This document shows, piece after piece, positions 52,105 to 64,000 of a stretch of DNA of 64,000 nucleotides. Location of the stretch: NCBI RefSeq assembly GCF_006345805.1, contig NC_043000.1:91512001-91576000 (forward strand). Direction: 5' to 3'. Under the pieces are notes generated by a model. That model had not been told where the DNA came from. It saw only the letters and a program-made list of their open reading frames with translations, and did no database searches. Source of the DNA: Octopus sinensis (taxonomy: Eukaryota). Within the stretch, counting starts at the first letter, position 1; each line of letters opens with the position of its first letter. A program made the position numbers and the translations under genes.

Positions 52105-52503
52105 AAGGCAGGGAGCTGGCAGAAACGTTAGCATGCCGGGTGAAATACTTAACGGTATTTCGTCTGTCATTGTGTTCCGAGTTCAAATTCCGCCGAGGTC
52201 GACTTTGCCTTTCATCCTATCAGGTTCGATAAATAAAGTACCAGTTACGCACTGGGGTCGATATAATCGACTTAATCCGTTTGTCTGTCCTTGTTTGTCC
52301 TCTCTGTGTTTAGCCCCTTGTGGGTAGTAAAGAAATAGGTATTTCGTCTGTCATTGCGTTCTGAGTTCAAATTCTGCTGAGGTCGACTTTGCCTTTCATC
52401 CTTTCAGGGTCGATAAATTAAGTACCAGTTACGTACTGGCGTTGATCTAATCGACTGGCTCCACTCTCCCAAATTTTCGGGCTTTGTGCCTAGAGTAGGA
52501 AAG
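52105..52503 (+). mobile_element. SINE-A dimer
   Basis: Junction aaagaaatag|gtatttcg at 52338/52339. Confidence 0.88.
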
Positions 52504-52526
52504 ATGTATGTATGTATTGTTGTATG

Positions 52527-52557
<31 letters not shown>

Positions 52558-52629
52558 TGCCACCGACCCTGACAATACTGCTTCTATCGCACTGATGTGC
52601 TACGTCCCAGAACCTGCGCTTATACTCAC

Positions 52630-52674
52630 CAAACGCTTCAGTCTCTCCCTCACTACGGGTATGTACTCTGACAT
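52630..52674 (-). CDS. Candidate first coding segment of the minus-strand gene (exon 52630-52715)
   Basis: MSEYIPVVRERLKRL ends at the consensus donor TTG|GTGAGT in phase 0. Confidence 0.25.
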
Positions 52675-52899
52675 TGGTAAGCACAACCCGGTTTGTCCAA
52701 TTCTACCCTTCTGACCTAGGTAACTAATTACTGAATGGAAGCATACATAATAGGATGTGTACAGAGATGGTTCTCTTCCACCTCGCTACAACAAACATTT
52801 CAACATTTGAATTACACGTTCATTCTATTGTGAGTAAGTGCACTTTGTCCTTACATTAATGAAATATGCATAATAAACCTATATATTATACTTACTTAC

Positions 52900-53002
52900 A
52901 CAGAATATATTATAACTATATAGAATGATATAGTTGTGCTTGTGAGAATTAAACATCTTTGCCATGGTCACTGCACAGCACTCCTGATGGAGAAACACAT
53001 GA
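52900..53002 (-). other. Candidate exon (5' UTR or non-coding)
   Basis: Strong acceptor ttttggtttttatttgcag| and donor TGT|GTAAGT. Confidence 0.3.
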
Positions 53003-53824
53003 CTGCAAATAAAAACCAAAATCAAAAAACAAGACGAAGGTATTAAAGTAGGCAAAAAGGTTAGATAGCTAGACGGATATTCAGAAAACAAATATACAGA
53101 GAGACGGATGGACAGATACAGAAATAAGCAAATCTTATAAAAAATTACTTGTTTTTTTTTTTTTCTGTGATACATTAATTTTTCAGTAACAAAAAAAATG
53201 TGTAGTGAAATGACTATATGGATCAAAACAGTTCAATAAATAACAATAAAACTCCTTTGAATATATTTGAAATTTTCCTTTTAAGTATCCATACAATGAG
53301 ATATATTAGTCTAGCATGTTTTGTTTGAGTGAGAGAAGAGGAGAGAAAAAAAGAAGGCAGTTAAACTTTAAAACATTGATTCGGGTATCATAATGGCCGT
53401 ACAAATACTTATGTGTGCGTATGTGTGTAATATATATATATATATATATATGTTCATATATATATATATAGGTATATGCATACATACATACATACATACA
53501 TATATATATATGCTCATATATATCTATATATGTGTGTATATATACAGGTATATACGTATATCCATGCATATGTATATGTAAATTTATATATACTTAAGTA
53601 TACATAAGATTTTTAGAGATACATATATTTATACATTTACATATATATAATAAATTTATTGTACAGAGTTATATATAAATGTATCTGCATATAATATACC
53701 GATGTATAAATATATATGTATATATACAGATATTTGTGTGTGTGTGAGTGTGCATATGTATTTACACACACACACACAGACACACACACACACCACACAC
53801 ACACACACACACACAAACACACAC

Positions 53825-53858
<34 letters not shown>

Positions 53859-55326
53859 ACACACACACTAAGTTGTGCTTTTCCGGGTATGCAAAGGTGA
53901 TGCGTTACTATTTTTGGTGGTTTTATTACCCTTTTACACAATGTATTGGTCAACATTAGTTCAGAGTTTGGGAAAATTATGTCTCTGAAAGGTAGGTATG
54001 AAATACATTTGTGAAATGTTGTAAGGAATAGTGCATGTGTTCACACATGAGCACACAATCACACAGTGGCATGGTACATATATACATAGGAATTTGTGTA
54101 GCGATATGTAATCACATTCTTTGATGTACGCATATAACATTATATAACACAACGTGAACTTAATGAACAATACTGAATATATATTTCTGTAGAATTATAC
54201 TCTCCGTATATGTGTTTTTTTATGTGTATTTGTGTACGCAATCTTCGTTTATCTTAGATAAATTAACATGAAAAAATATGCATACGAGTACGCTTGTGTA
54301 TATGAATGCATGCATTTATGCATAAAGGCATCCATACAACTTAGATACGTTGCATTAATTTGTGCGAGCCTATGTACATGCACATTAAGTTGTTTCGTGT
54401 AAATTTAGATTCTAAACTATAAATATATTTTACATATACCTACATATATGTATTTTTCTGTCCATCTGTTTATCTCTTTCTCTCTCCCTCTCCACACATA
54501 CACATACTTTTTCTCTGTATCTTACACACACACATACACACATACACACACACACACACACACGCAAACACATCCATATGCACATACACGCACACACAAA
54601 CTACAAACATGCACAAATGCATGCACACGAGCATAGAAATAAACGTACACACACGCACAATCATTCATATTATACTTAAAAACGAAGCATTGGATACTCG
54701 AAAGAAAAGTTAGAGAATTTACTGACTTTGACGTTTCGAGTTTTTGACCTTCTTCGGATTGAAAAGGAGAAGAATGGAAGAAAGAACGCGTGTGAGTGTG
54801 AATGAGGTATGGGCGGGACTGAACTTAATACTATTTTCTGAATAAGACGAAGGGTTTAAACCAGTTGAAAATTTGTCTCATGAAGTGCAGTGAGGAGGGA
54901 AAAATATGGACAGTTATGAAATTACTTGAATCACAGTGTGTAAACATTTATTAGCAGGCATGGGGTAAGGTGTATTGGTGTGCATATTTGTTGGGCGTAT
55001 GTATGGATGTGTGCACCTGTACTTGAGCAGAAAGGAAAAAAGACCACTAAGTCATGTTTAAATATAAATGTTGTGATATGCAGAACGGTGTAAGGAAGTG
55101 TATTTTAGTTTTACCGTAAATACTTGTTGAAGAGACGACCCTCCATTGAATTTCAGGCCTTGCGTTTAAATAATTAGCTGAATTATACACTTGTGTGTGT
55201 ATGTGTGTGTGTGTAAATGAGGGTTTGTGCAAGTGTGTATGTATGCATATTTGTGCACGTGTTTGTGTGTCTGGGCACATTGATAGCACAGTGAAATAGT
55301 CAAATAGGAGAGCTATAAAAGCACAG

Positions 55327-55624
55327 GTGGAGGCGCAATGGCCCAGTGGTTAGGGTAGCGGACTCGCGGTTTCGATTCCCAGGCCGGGCGCTGTGTGTAT
55401 TTATTGAGCGAAAACACCTAAAAGTTCCACGAGGCTCCGGCAGGGGGTAGTGGCGACCCCTGTTGTATATGTTGTACTCTTTCGCCACAACTTTCTCTCA
55501 CTCTCTCTTCCTGTTTCTTGAGTAACGCTGCGATGGACTGGCGTCCCGTCCAGCTGGGGGAACACATACGCCACAGAAACCGGAAAACCGGGCCCATGAA
55601 CCTGGCTAGGCTTGAAAAGGGCGA
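55327..55624 (+). mobile_element. SINE-B with an alternative (V-domain-like) tail
   Basis: Head and body as at 37408; tail gcgatggactggcgtcccgtccag...gaaaccgg. Confidence 0.85.
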
Positions 55625-56689
55625 CGTTTATCGTTTTATGAACGCACAGACACGGATATCATTGCACGAAAGTGTAGAAGGTTTGGCAATATATATTCAC
55701 GTTAACTTTCTTCGTTACATTATGACTTAAAGCATTTTCCCGGCTGTTTTGTTGCTCAGAGATGACTGGTATGATATCTTACATATGATATCTTACATAT
55801 TCATTTGTGTGAAATTTCAACAGCTTTACTTCGAAATCTTTTACTGAAGTCTAGCAAAACAAACAGAATATAAGCCAACATGGACACCTCTGCTTGGTCG
55901 TTCATTTATGTTGAAACAGCAGCCAATTCTTCCTCAGAATAAACCCTACCATCATAAATAAAGGAAATATTGAATAATGTATTTGTAGACATTACGCTTA
56001 ACAAACAGAATTGCGATTGATGGAAGTTATTGATCATATGTTTACTCAAGCAGGTTTGATCTGAGGCTAAGCAACTACAACACCAAAAGACCGACAGAAC
56101 ACAAGCATGTATTACTTGTGTGACCATGTAAGTAATAGACATGATTTTCTATTTACACCAGAGCGAAATCTCACCACAATAACACATCATATTTGTATAT
56201 ATATTGGAAAAAAGATAGGCGATCTATATAGAATCTCAGACAACTAGAAATCACTGACAAAAATGTTGATAAAATACATGAAATATAATTTTTTGTATTG
56301 TGAATACAAGTGAATTTTGACATTTAATATAGATTCCCATCTCTTCATTGCGCTGAAACTGCATAAAAGAAAGTTCGGATGAAATATAATTTGATGAAGC
56401 CTTAGGATAGTTACATTATTTAATATTAGTAAAGGTCATCTTCACGAGTCATGCTGACTCATAACGGCCGATTTCCCGGTTTCATGGCGTATATTTTCCC
56501 CACCTGAACGGGATGCCGGACAATCGTGAAATAAAGAGTTTTGCTCAAGAACACAATCTATATTCGCCGCTGGAATAGGGAGTGGTTGGAGATCACGCGG
56601 TCGTTAGCCTCAAATCGCCAGGTCTAGTCGGCGTTTGTGAGAGATGCAGCATTGAGGATGAATGAAGCCAGCTCAACCAAGAGCAAGAA

Positions 56690-56781
56690 GAAGAACACAA
56701 CGCATCACCCGGTCCAGGAATCGAAACCACAATCTTACGATCATGAGTCCAACACCCTAACCACCAAGCTACGCGCCTCCA
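56690..56781 (-). mobile_element. SINE-D head fragment
   Basis: Reverse complement reads ggaggcgcgtagcttggtggttagggtgttggactc...ggtttcgattcctgg. Confidence 0.65.
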
Positions 56782-56947
56782 ATTCTTCAGCATTAGGAAG
56801 ATTTAGGAAACCAGTCCTCATGTGTAGGATCAAGATATGATTCTTCTTTTACCGTTTAGCAGAAACCTCGGGCACTCCATCACTATTATTGTTTTTCACC
56901 ATGAATCACACTGAATGCTATATGAATGCACCCTAAACTTAAATATT

Positions 56948-57272
56948 GGCAGATGAATGGCTTAATGGTTACGGTATTCGGCTCAAAGTCGTAAGGTAGT
57001 GAGTTTGATTCTTGGCGGTGCGTTGTGTCCTTGGACAAGACACTTTATTTCATTTCGCTTCAGTCCACTGAGCTGGCAAAAATGAGTTGTACTCGCAATT
57101 CATAAGCCCAGCCCTATCGCATTCTGTGACACGCCGGATCTCTTTGAGAACTACATTAATGGTGAGTGTGCTTGTGGATTTCTCAGCTACTTGCACGTTA
57201 ATAGCACACGCTGGCTGTTCCGTTGATTAGATCTACTAGAACACTGGCCGTCGTAACTGACGGAATGCCAGA
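56948..57272 (+). mobile_element. SINE-D (CORE-like centre) with the SINE-B-type tail
   Basis: gtgtccttggacaagacactttatttca...aaaatgag; tail gagaactac...ctgttccgttgat...gtcgtaactgacgga is shared with 37660-37790. Confidence 0.7.
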
Positions 57273-57363
57273 TTGCCAAGACACTTGACAGATGATAAAC
57301 TATATTACTGTACTGTCTAAAAGATATATATAAGACCTTCTCATATACGGATACAACTTCATA

Positions 57364-58023
57364 TTTCTTATTTCTTTATTGTCCACAAGGGGCTAAACAT
57401 AGAGAGGACAAACAAGGACAGACAAAGGGATTAAGTCGATCATATCGATCCCAGTGCGCAACTGGTACTTATTTAATCGACCCCGAAAGGATGAAAGGCA
57501 AAGTCGACCTCGGCGGAATTTGAACTCAGAACGTAGCAGCAGACGAAATACCGCAAAGCATTTCGCCCGGCGTGCTAACGATTCTGTCAGCTCGCCGCCT
57601 TTACCTATTTCTTTACTGCCCACAAGAGGCTACACACAGAGGGGACAAACAAGGACAGACAAAGGGATTAAGTCGATTATATTGACCCCCAGTGCGTAAC
57701 TGGTACTTATTTAATCGACCCCGAAAGGATGAAAGGCAAAGTCGACCTCGGTGGAATTTTGAACTCAGAACGTAGCGGCAGATGAAATACCTATTTCTTT
57801 ATTACCCACAAGGGGCTAAACACAGAGAGGACAAACAAGGACAGACAAACGGATTAAGTCGATTATATCGACCCCAGTGCGTAACAGGTACTTAATTTAT
57901 CGACCCCGAAAGGATGAAAGGCAAAGTCGACCTCGACGGAATTTGAACTCAGAACGTAACGGCAGCCGAAATACCGCTAAGCATTTGCCCGGCGTGCTAA
58001 CGTTTCTGCCAGCTCGCCGCCTT
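57364..58023 (-). mobile_element. SINE-A array: [head-core-long-core-long][head-core-long]
   Basis: Three cores; internal junction at 57791/57790. Confidence 0.9.
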
Positions 58024-58250
58024 AAATTTATATTTCTGTCTATCTCTTCTTGTCTCAAGGATAAATGTGTAAAAGCACGTTCCTGCTTATTATTCCCTAG
58101 AACGAAACTTCTGGAAATTCTTCCCTTGTTGTTCTGTGCCTTCAAAGTAATTAACAACTACAGCAATTTCCTCACCCGGAAATGGCTCACAAAGATCATT
58201 GCTACTATCCTTCTTTATTTGGATAATTTATGGAAGAAAAATCAGGAAAC

Positions 58251-58628
58251 AGACGTGGCCGTGTGGGAAGAAGCTTGCTTCCAAACCGCATGGTTGAGTT
58301 CAGTCTCACTGTATTGCACCTTCGGGAAGTGTCTTCTACTATAGCCTCAAGCTGGCCAAGAAGCCCGTCGTATATATATATATATGTATATATATGCGTT
58401 TGTGTGTGTGTGTGGGGGGGGGGGTAATCCACAGTAACGCTTGATAACCGGTGTTAGTGTGTTTTCGTCCCCATAACTTAGTTGTTTGGCAAAAGAGACT
58501 GATAGAATAAGTAGCAGGCTTAACAAAATGTAAATACTGGGTTCGATTCTTTCGACTAAAATTTCTTCAAAGCTGTGTCCCAGCATGGCCGCAGTCCAAT
58601 GACTGACACAATTAAAGGGTGAAAGAAG
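58251..58628 (+). mobile_element. SINE-C
   Basis: Family motifs as at 12972 and 31480. Confidence 0.8.
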
Positions 58629-58980
58629 AAGAAACTGCATTTATACAGTGTATGGTGGACAGGTAGAAACGATTCCTCTCCAAGCTGTAATCATGAGAGA
58701 AGTTAATCTTCTTATTGCAAGCTATCAAAACAATCATTAATTTTAAAAGTGCATCTGTTGCCCATAGTCATGCGGAGGAATATTATTTTTTAAGCTATTT
58801 GTTTATGTTTTACAGCAAGGTGGACTAGGCTGTTGAGAGTTAGTTTAGTTGGGGCTACAGACACATTGCGGTACAAATCTGGTGACAGGTTATAAATTAC
58901 CAACATTTCAATTGATAATCATTTACACGATCAGTTCGGGCGGTTGTGTCATTTACAATATAGTGTTCTGCTGCACCTTG

Positions 58981-59049
<69 letters not shown>

Positions 59050-59419
59050 CACACACACCACACACACACACATGCATGCATATATGAATACAAACTCAAA
59101 TACGTAAAGTAAATATAATACGTAGTTATTAGTTTTATGAATTGTTACCAGGATCAATAAATAGCCTAAGCTAGTAAATTTTAATAATACTTTCCGAAAA
59201 TATTATTTATTCAGGTGAAAATATTATTTATTCATAGGAGTTTTTAGTTGTTGTAATTGTCATACAATCAACAGCACAGTTTGCAAATTTCAAAAATATT
59301 ACTACATATTAAAAAGAAACAAAGTCGAAGCACTTTTCGATATTCCAATTACTAGCTTGCTACAGCTGAGAGAGGGCAGAAGGAGAAAGTTAAAACTAAA
59401 TGAAATACTATACATATAC

Positions 59420-59510
59420 ATATGTATATATATACACACATACAGACACACAAACACACACACACACACACACGCACACACACACACACACACACACACG
59501 CACGCACACA

Positions 59511-59549
<39 letters not shown>

Positions 59550-60047
59550 CACACACACACATACATACACACATGTATTTTATCGTACTTGTTTCAGTCA
59601 TTAGATTGCAGTCATGTTGAGGCACCGCCTTCAAGAATTTTTAACCGAGATGAATCCACCCCAGTACTAATTTCTTTGTTATGTATGCATGTATGTATGT
59701 ATTCTGTTATTCTTTTGTATGTTTCAGCCCTAAGGCTGCGGCCATGCTGGGGCATCACCAGTGAAAATTATCTGTCAGAAGTGGGATACTAACCCTCGCC
59801 CACATTAATGTACCAGAACTCGAGTCTCGAGCCTTAGACTGCTCGGCCATTCTGTATTTATGTATATATATATATACATATATATATACATATATATATA
59901 TTTATATATATATATATATTTATACATAGATAAATATATATATATATACACACATACATATATATATAACACACATACAGACACACAAACACACACACAC
60001 ACACACACACGCACACACACACACACACACACACACGCACGCACACA

Positions 60048-60078
<31 letters not shown>

Positions 60079-60510
60079 CACACACACACACACACCACAC
60101 ACACACACATACATACACACATGTATTTTATCGTACTTGTTCAGTCATTAGATTGCAGTCATGTTGAGGCACCGCCTTCAAGAATTTTTAACCGAGATGA
60201 ATCCACCCCAGTACTAATTTCTTTGTTATGTATGCATGTATGTATGTATTCTGTTATTCTTTTGTATGTTTCAGCCCTAAGGCTGCGGCCATGCTGGGGC
60301 ATCACCAGTGAAAATTATCTGTCAGAAGTGGGATACTAACCCTCGCCCACATTAATGTACCAGAACTCGAGTCTCGAGCCTTAGACTGCTCGGCCATTCT
60401 GTATTTATGTATATATATATATATACATATATATATACATATATATATATTTATATATATATATATATTTATACATAGATAAATATATATATATATACAC
60501 ACATACATAT
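59420..60510. repeat. Near-identical tandem duplication, ~548-bp period
   Basis: The unique core 59573-59860 is repeated at 60121-60407 with one indel noticed. Confidence 0.9.
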
Positions 60511-60652
60511 ATATATATACACACATATGTACATATATATGTATGTATATGCATATCTATGTATATGTAAATATAAATATATATATAGGCACATATATAC
60601 ATATATGTATAGATATACATACACGCATGCATGCATATATATATGTTTATAT

Positions 60653-60708
<56 letters not shown>

Positions 60709-60759
60709 CATATATATATATATACATATATATATATAATATATATATATATATATGTA

Positions 60760-60790
<31 letters not shown>

Positions 60791-61319
60791 GTATATATGT
60801 ATATATATATATACATACATACATACATACATACATACATACATACATACATACATACATGCATACATACATACATACATACATGCATGCATACATACTT
60901 ATGTGTGCGTGAATGATGATCATCTTTTTAATATGCTCTTTACCATGTTTGCCGGAGCTTATCGGAGTTTATTGAGGCAAATTTACTACAGTTTGACTCT
61001 CTTCCGGATACGAACCCTCAGCTGTTTCCATGTAGTGTAATATATTTACTCATAAACAGAATAAATATATTACATTTTGCTGATTATTGGAAATGAATGC
61101 CACTGCTGGTATTACGCTGACATTCGCTTATAACCCTCATGCGATGTCAAGACACCGCATTTCATTTTTACTGTCACCCATCCAACACCGATAAAATAAG
61201 TTCCAGGTTTTCACTGGGGTGGGGATAGGTCAATGAAATCAACTATTACTTCCCCTGATATTGTTGGTCTTTTGCCTGTAGTAGGAAGAATTATTATAAG
61301 ACATCATTTAAAGTGGTTT

Positions 61320-61985
61320 GCTGGCAGAATTGTTACTACAAGAGAGAAAATGCTTGGCGTCATTTCTTCCGATTCTTTATGTTTTGAGTTGAAATACTAC
61401 CGTTTTAATTTTACCTTTCATCCTCTCGTAGTTGATAAAATAAAGTTCAGGTCGTCGTCGACTTATGACCACAATTGGTTCCGACTGACTGGTCGTAAGT
61501 CGGCCTGTAGGCCTATATATACATAGCTTTGTATTATATTTTCACATTCTTAAGGTACATTCACAGGTAAAAGTCACACACAGCATTCTGTATTATACTA
61601 TTATACTGGCGTTAGTAAAAGATTTCAGAGTTTCAAGCAGTCGTCTTATAAACAAATACAATGTTGCCTCGATGTCTCCACGACAAGATATTCATCCAAC
61701 TCTTCGGATAACCACAGAGGCGATCGATAACATAGGGAAAGCATTTGTTAACTGACAACATCCGTAGACGGGTTAATTTCTAAGACGTTAAACCCATTAG
61801 ATTTCAAGTGGACTATTTATTATGGTTGCCAGGATCTGGCGTGCCAATCGTCGTAAAGTCGATCGGTCGTAAGTTGGATTGGTTGTAAGTCGATGACGAC
61901 CTGTACCAGTTAATCACTAGGATCGATGTAATTAACTATCTCCTCTCCTAAAATCACTGGCTTTGTGCCAAATGTGAAGTCATTA
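61320..61985 (+). mobile_element. Degenerate SINE-A split by a MITE
   Basis: Head and core run to ...taaagtt at 61447 and resume as taccagtt plus the short tail after 61903. Confidence 0.6.
61448..61903. mobile_element. Tigger-like MITE
   Basis: TIRs CAGGTCGTCGTCGACTTATGACC and the reverse complement CAGGTCGTCATCGACTTACAACC; TA at right, TT (mutated) at left. Confidence 0.75.
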
Positions 61986-62012
61986 TCATAAAATAGCATA
62001 AGATTGCAAGCT

Positions 62013-62430
62013 AGCAGAACCGTTTGCATGCCGGATAAAATGCTTACGGCTATTTCGTCCGTCTTTGCATACTGAGTTCGAATCCCGCCGAGGTTAACTT
62101 TACTTTTATTCATTTCGGAGCCGATAGAATAAATACCACCCAGATACTGGGGTCAATGTAATCAACTTCCCTCTCCCTTCAAAAACTACTAGCCTTGTGC
62201 TTAATATGAAACCATTGTTATGGCGAGGTGGCTGAATACTTAGTAGGTCAGACAAAATATTTAGAGACATTTTTTCCAGCTCTTTATGTACAGAATTTAA
62301 ACCTCACCAAGGTCGACTTCGCCTTTCCTTCTTTCGAGGTCGATAAAATGTAGTACTGAGATCAATGTAATTAACCTGCCATCTCCCCAGAAACTTCATG
62401 ATTTGTGCCTATTGGAGAAAGAATTATGAG
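62013..62430 (+). mobile_element. Two degenerate SINE-A copies
   Basis: Head, core and short-tail motifs near 62013 and 62220. Confidence 0.6.
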
Positions 62431-62486
62431 ACACCGTTTTATGTGAAAGGTAAGTTTTCCATATTTTCTTAACCAGCTGAAATCTA

Positions 62487-62830
62487 GTGGAGGCGCAATG
62501 TCCCAGTGGTTGGGGCAGCGGACTCACGGTCGGAGGATCGCGGTTTCAATTATTATAAGACGAAATAGCCTTAAGCATTTTATCAATTCCCAGACCGGAC
62601 GTTGTGTGTGTTTATTGAGCGAAAACACCAAATAATCTCCACGAGGCTCCGGTAGGGGGGGGGGACTCCTGTTGTACTCTTTCGCCACAACTTTCTATCA
62701 TTCTCTCTTCCTGTTTCTTGAGTAACACTGCGATGGACTGGCGTCCCGTCCAGCTGGGGGGAAATCATACGCCACAGAAACCGGGAAACCGGGAAACCGG
62801 GCCCATGAGCCTGGCTAGGCTTCAGAAGAG
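62487..62830 (+). mobile_element. SINE-B with V-domain-like tail
   Basis: As at 55327; a short foreign insert at ~62550-62586. Confidence 0.8.
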
Positions 62831-64000
62831 CAAAAAAAAAACCCTGAAATCTATATCTTGTTAAAAGAAAATGAGAAATGTTACTATTATGAAATGAGAA
62901 AATTCACTACTTCATGGTGGTGCTCCAGCACAACCGTAACCACTTAGCTGAAACGAATAAATAAATATTACCTTTCAGGAATGGAAGGGCAAAATCTATG
63001 ACCTTATATTCTCGGGATTTTTAAAAAGCTCGTGGAAGAAAGAAAATAATTTGTTTTAAGCCAGAGTCCAAGTCGAATGCTTACACAGAACGCATCCTGC
63101 TAAAGACCACCAAGTACCAACCAAGAGATTGTCTTAAATCAATGACTGAATAATTCAATCACTATAACACCTCAGAATGTGAACGCAATGAACAAGAACA
63201 GGTACCACAAACCTAATTAATTATTCAGTCAATTAACCAGCCAGAACAGGTACATTATTTTATCGACCCCATTCACCAAAAAAAAAAAAGCAAAACATGA
63301 ATGACAATGTTGATCTCGGTAGACTTGAACTTACAAACGCAGGAACAAATACCTCAAAGCATTTTGCTCTAAGTTCTAGCAACTCTGCCAATTCACCGAC
63401 ATACTCATTTTAGAGATCACATTTGCCAATGCTAATAGTAAGTAATCACAAACGTCATCATTATCATCATTTTTTAATCATCATCAACAGCCTTAAGATC
63501 ATCATAACGCCCACAATTTTAACATCCACTTATCTCACAATGAGAAGAATTAAAATTCATTTCTGTTCAAAAGTTTGATAATAGAATTACCAATTATTTT
63601 TGTATAATTTGGAATGTTCTCCTGGTATATTTACCTCTGCTTGGCTCTGATATTCGTTCAAATATTGATTTCTTTGCACCAAGCAAAAGGCCCCGTTTTC
63701 ATAGATGAGGATGTATAGTTGAGTGAACCAAATATACTGAAATATTGGTTGATAGTTTATCAATTCTGGAAGGATTAAATAATATGGTCACTTCAAGAGT
63801 GATTTGAACTTCATGAAGTGGTTATAATGTTATTTGTGATGTATGATTTTAGACTTCGCCGTTGAATTGTTTTAGAATTCGTAGTGAGAGTATGGTAAGA
63901 AGTTAGCTTCCCATCCATATGGTTCTGGGTTCAATGCCACTGTCTCGCACCAAGAGAGAGACACTTCTCCTATAGCCCCAGGTTGAACAGAACATGAACA

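Noticed and set aside
52630-52715. Collagen-like GQKGRIGQTGLC reading
   Set aside because: Only four Gly-X-Y triplets, no proline, and no further collagen exons seen.

Overview
AT-rich, microsatellite-dense eukaryotic DNA. The SINE families and repeat content suggest an octopod cephalopod (inference from recalled repeat sequences; no search was run). There is no rRNA, true tRNA gene or CRISPR array, and almost every entry in the ORF track is a microsatellite artefact. The window is mostly mobile DNA: four tRNA-headed SINE families (called A-D here), a (TAA)n-targeting non-coding retroelement in 4 copies, a Tx1/L1-type LINE 3' fragment, a mariner split by a SINE, a Tc1 end, two Tigger-like MITEs, a non-autonomous Helitron and a Penelope-like element (PLE) with a recognisable RT. 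Three signals stand out. (1) At 38.1-42.3 kb, four unrelated PLE-type pieces each sit in (TA)n, each has tail-out inverted arms and each carries a type I hammerhead ribozyme fold; a fifth similar piece lies at 51.3 kb. (2) SINE-A shares its 3' end with the Tx1-like LINE and forms head-core-tail-core concatemers joined at one fixed nucleotide. (3) Phase-compatible candidate exons on the minus strand (52.7 to 35.7 kb) could encode a type II membrane protein; this model is low confidence. All folds, alignments and splice joins were read by eye. Boundaries of degenerate repeats are approximate.
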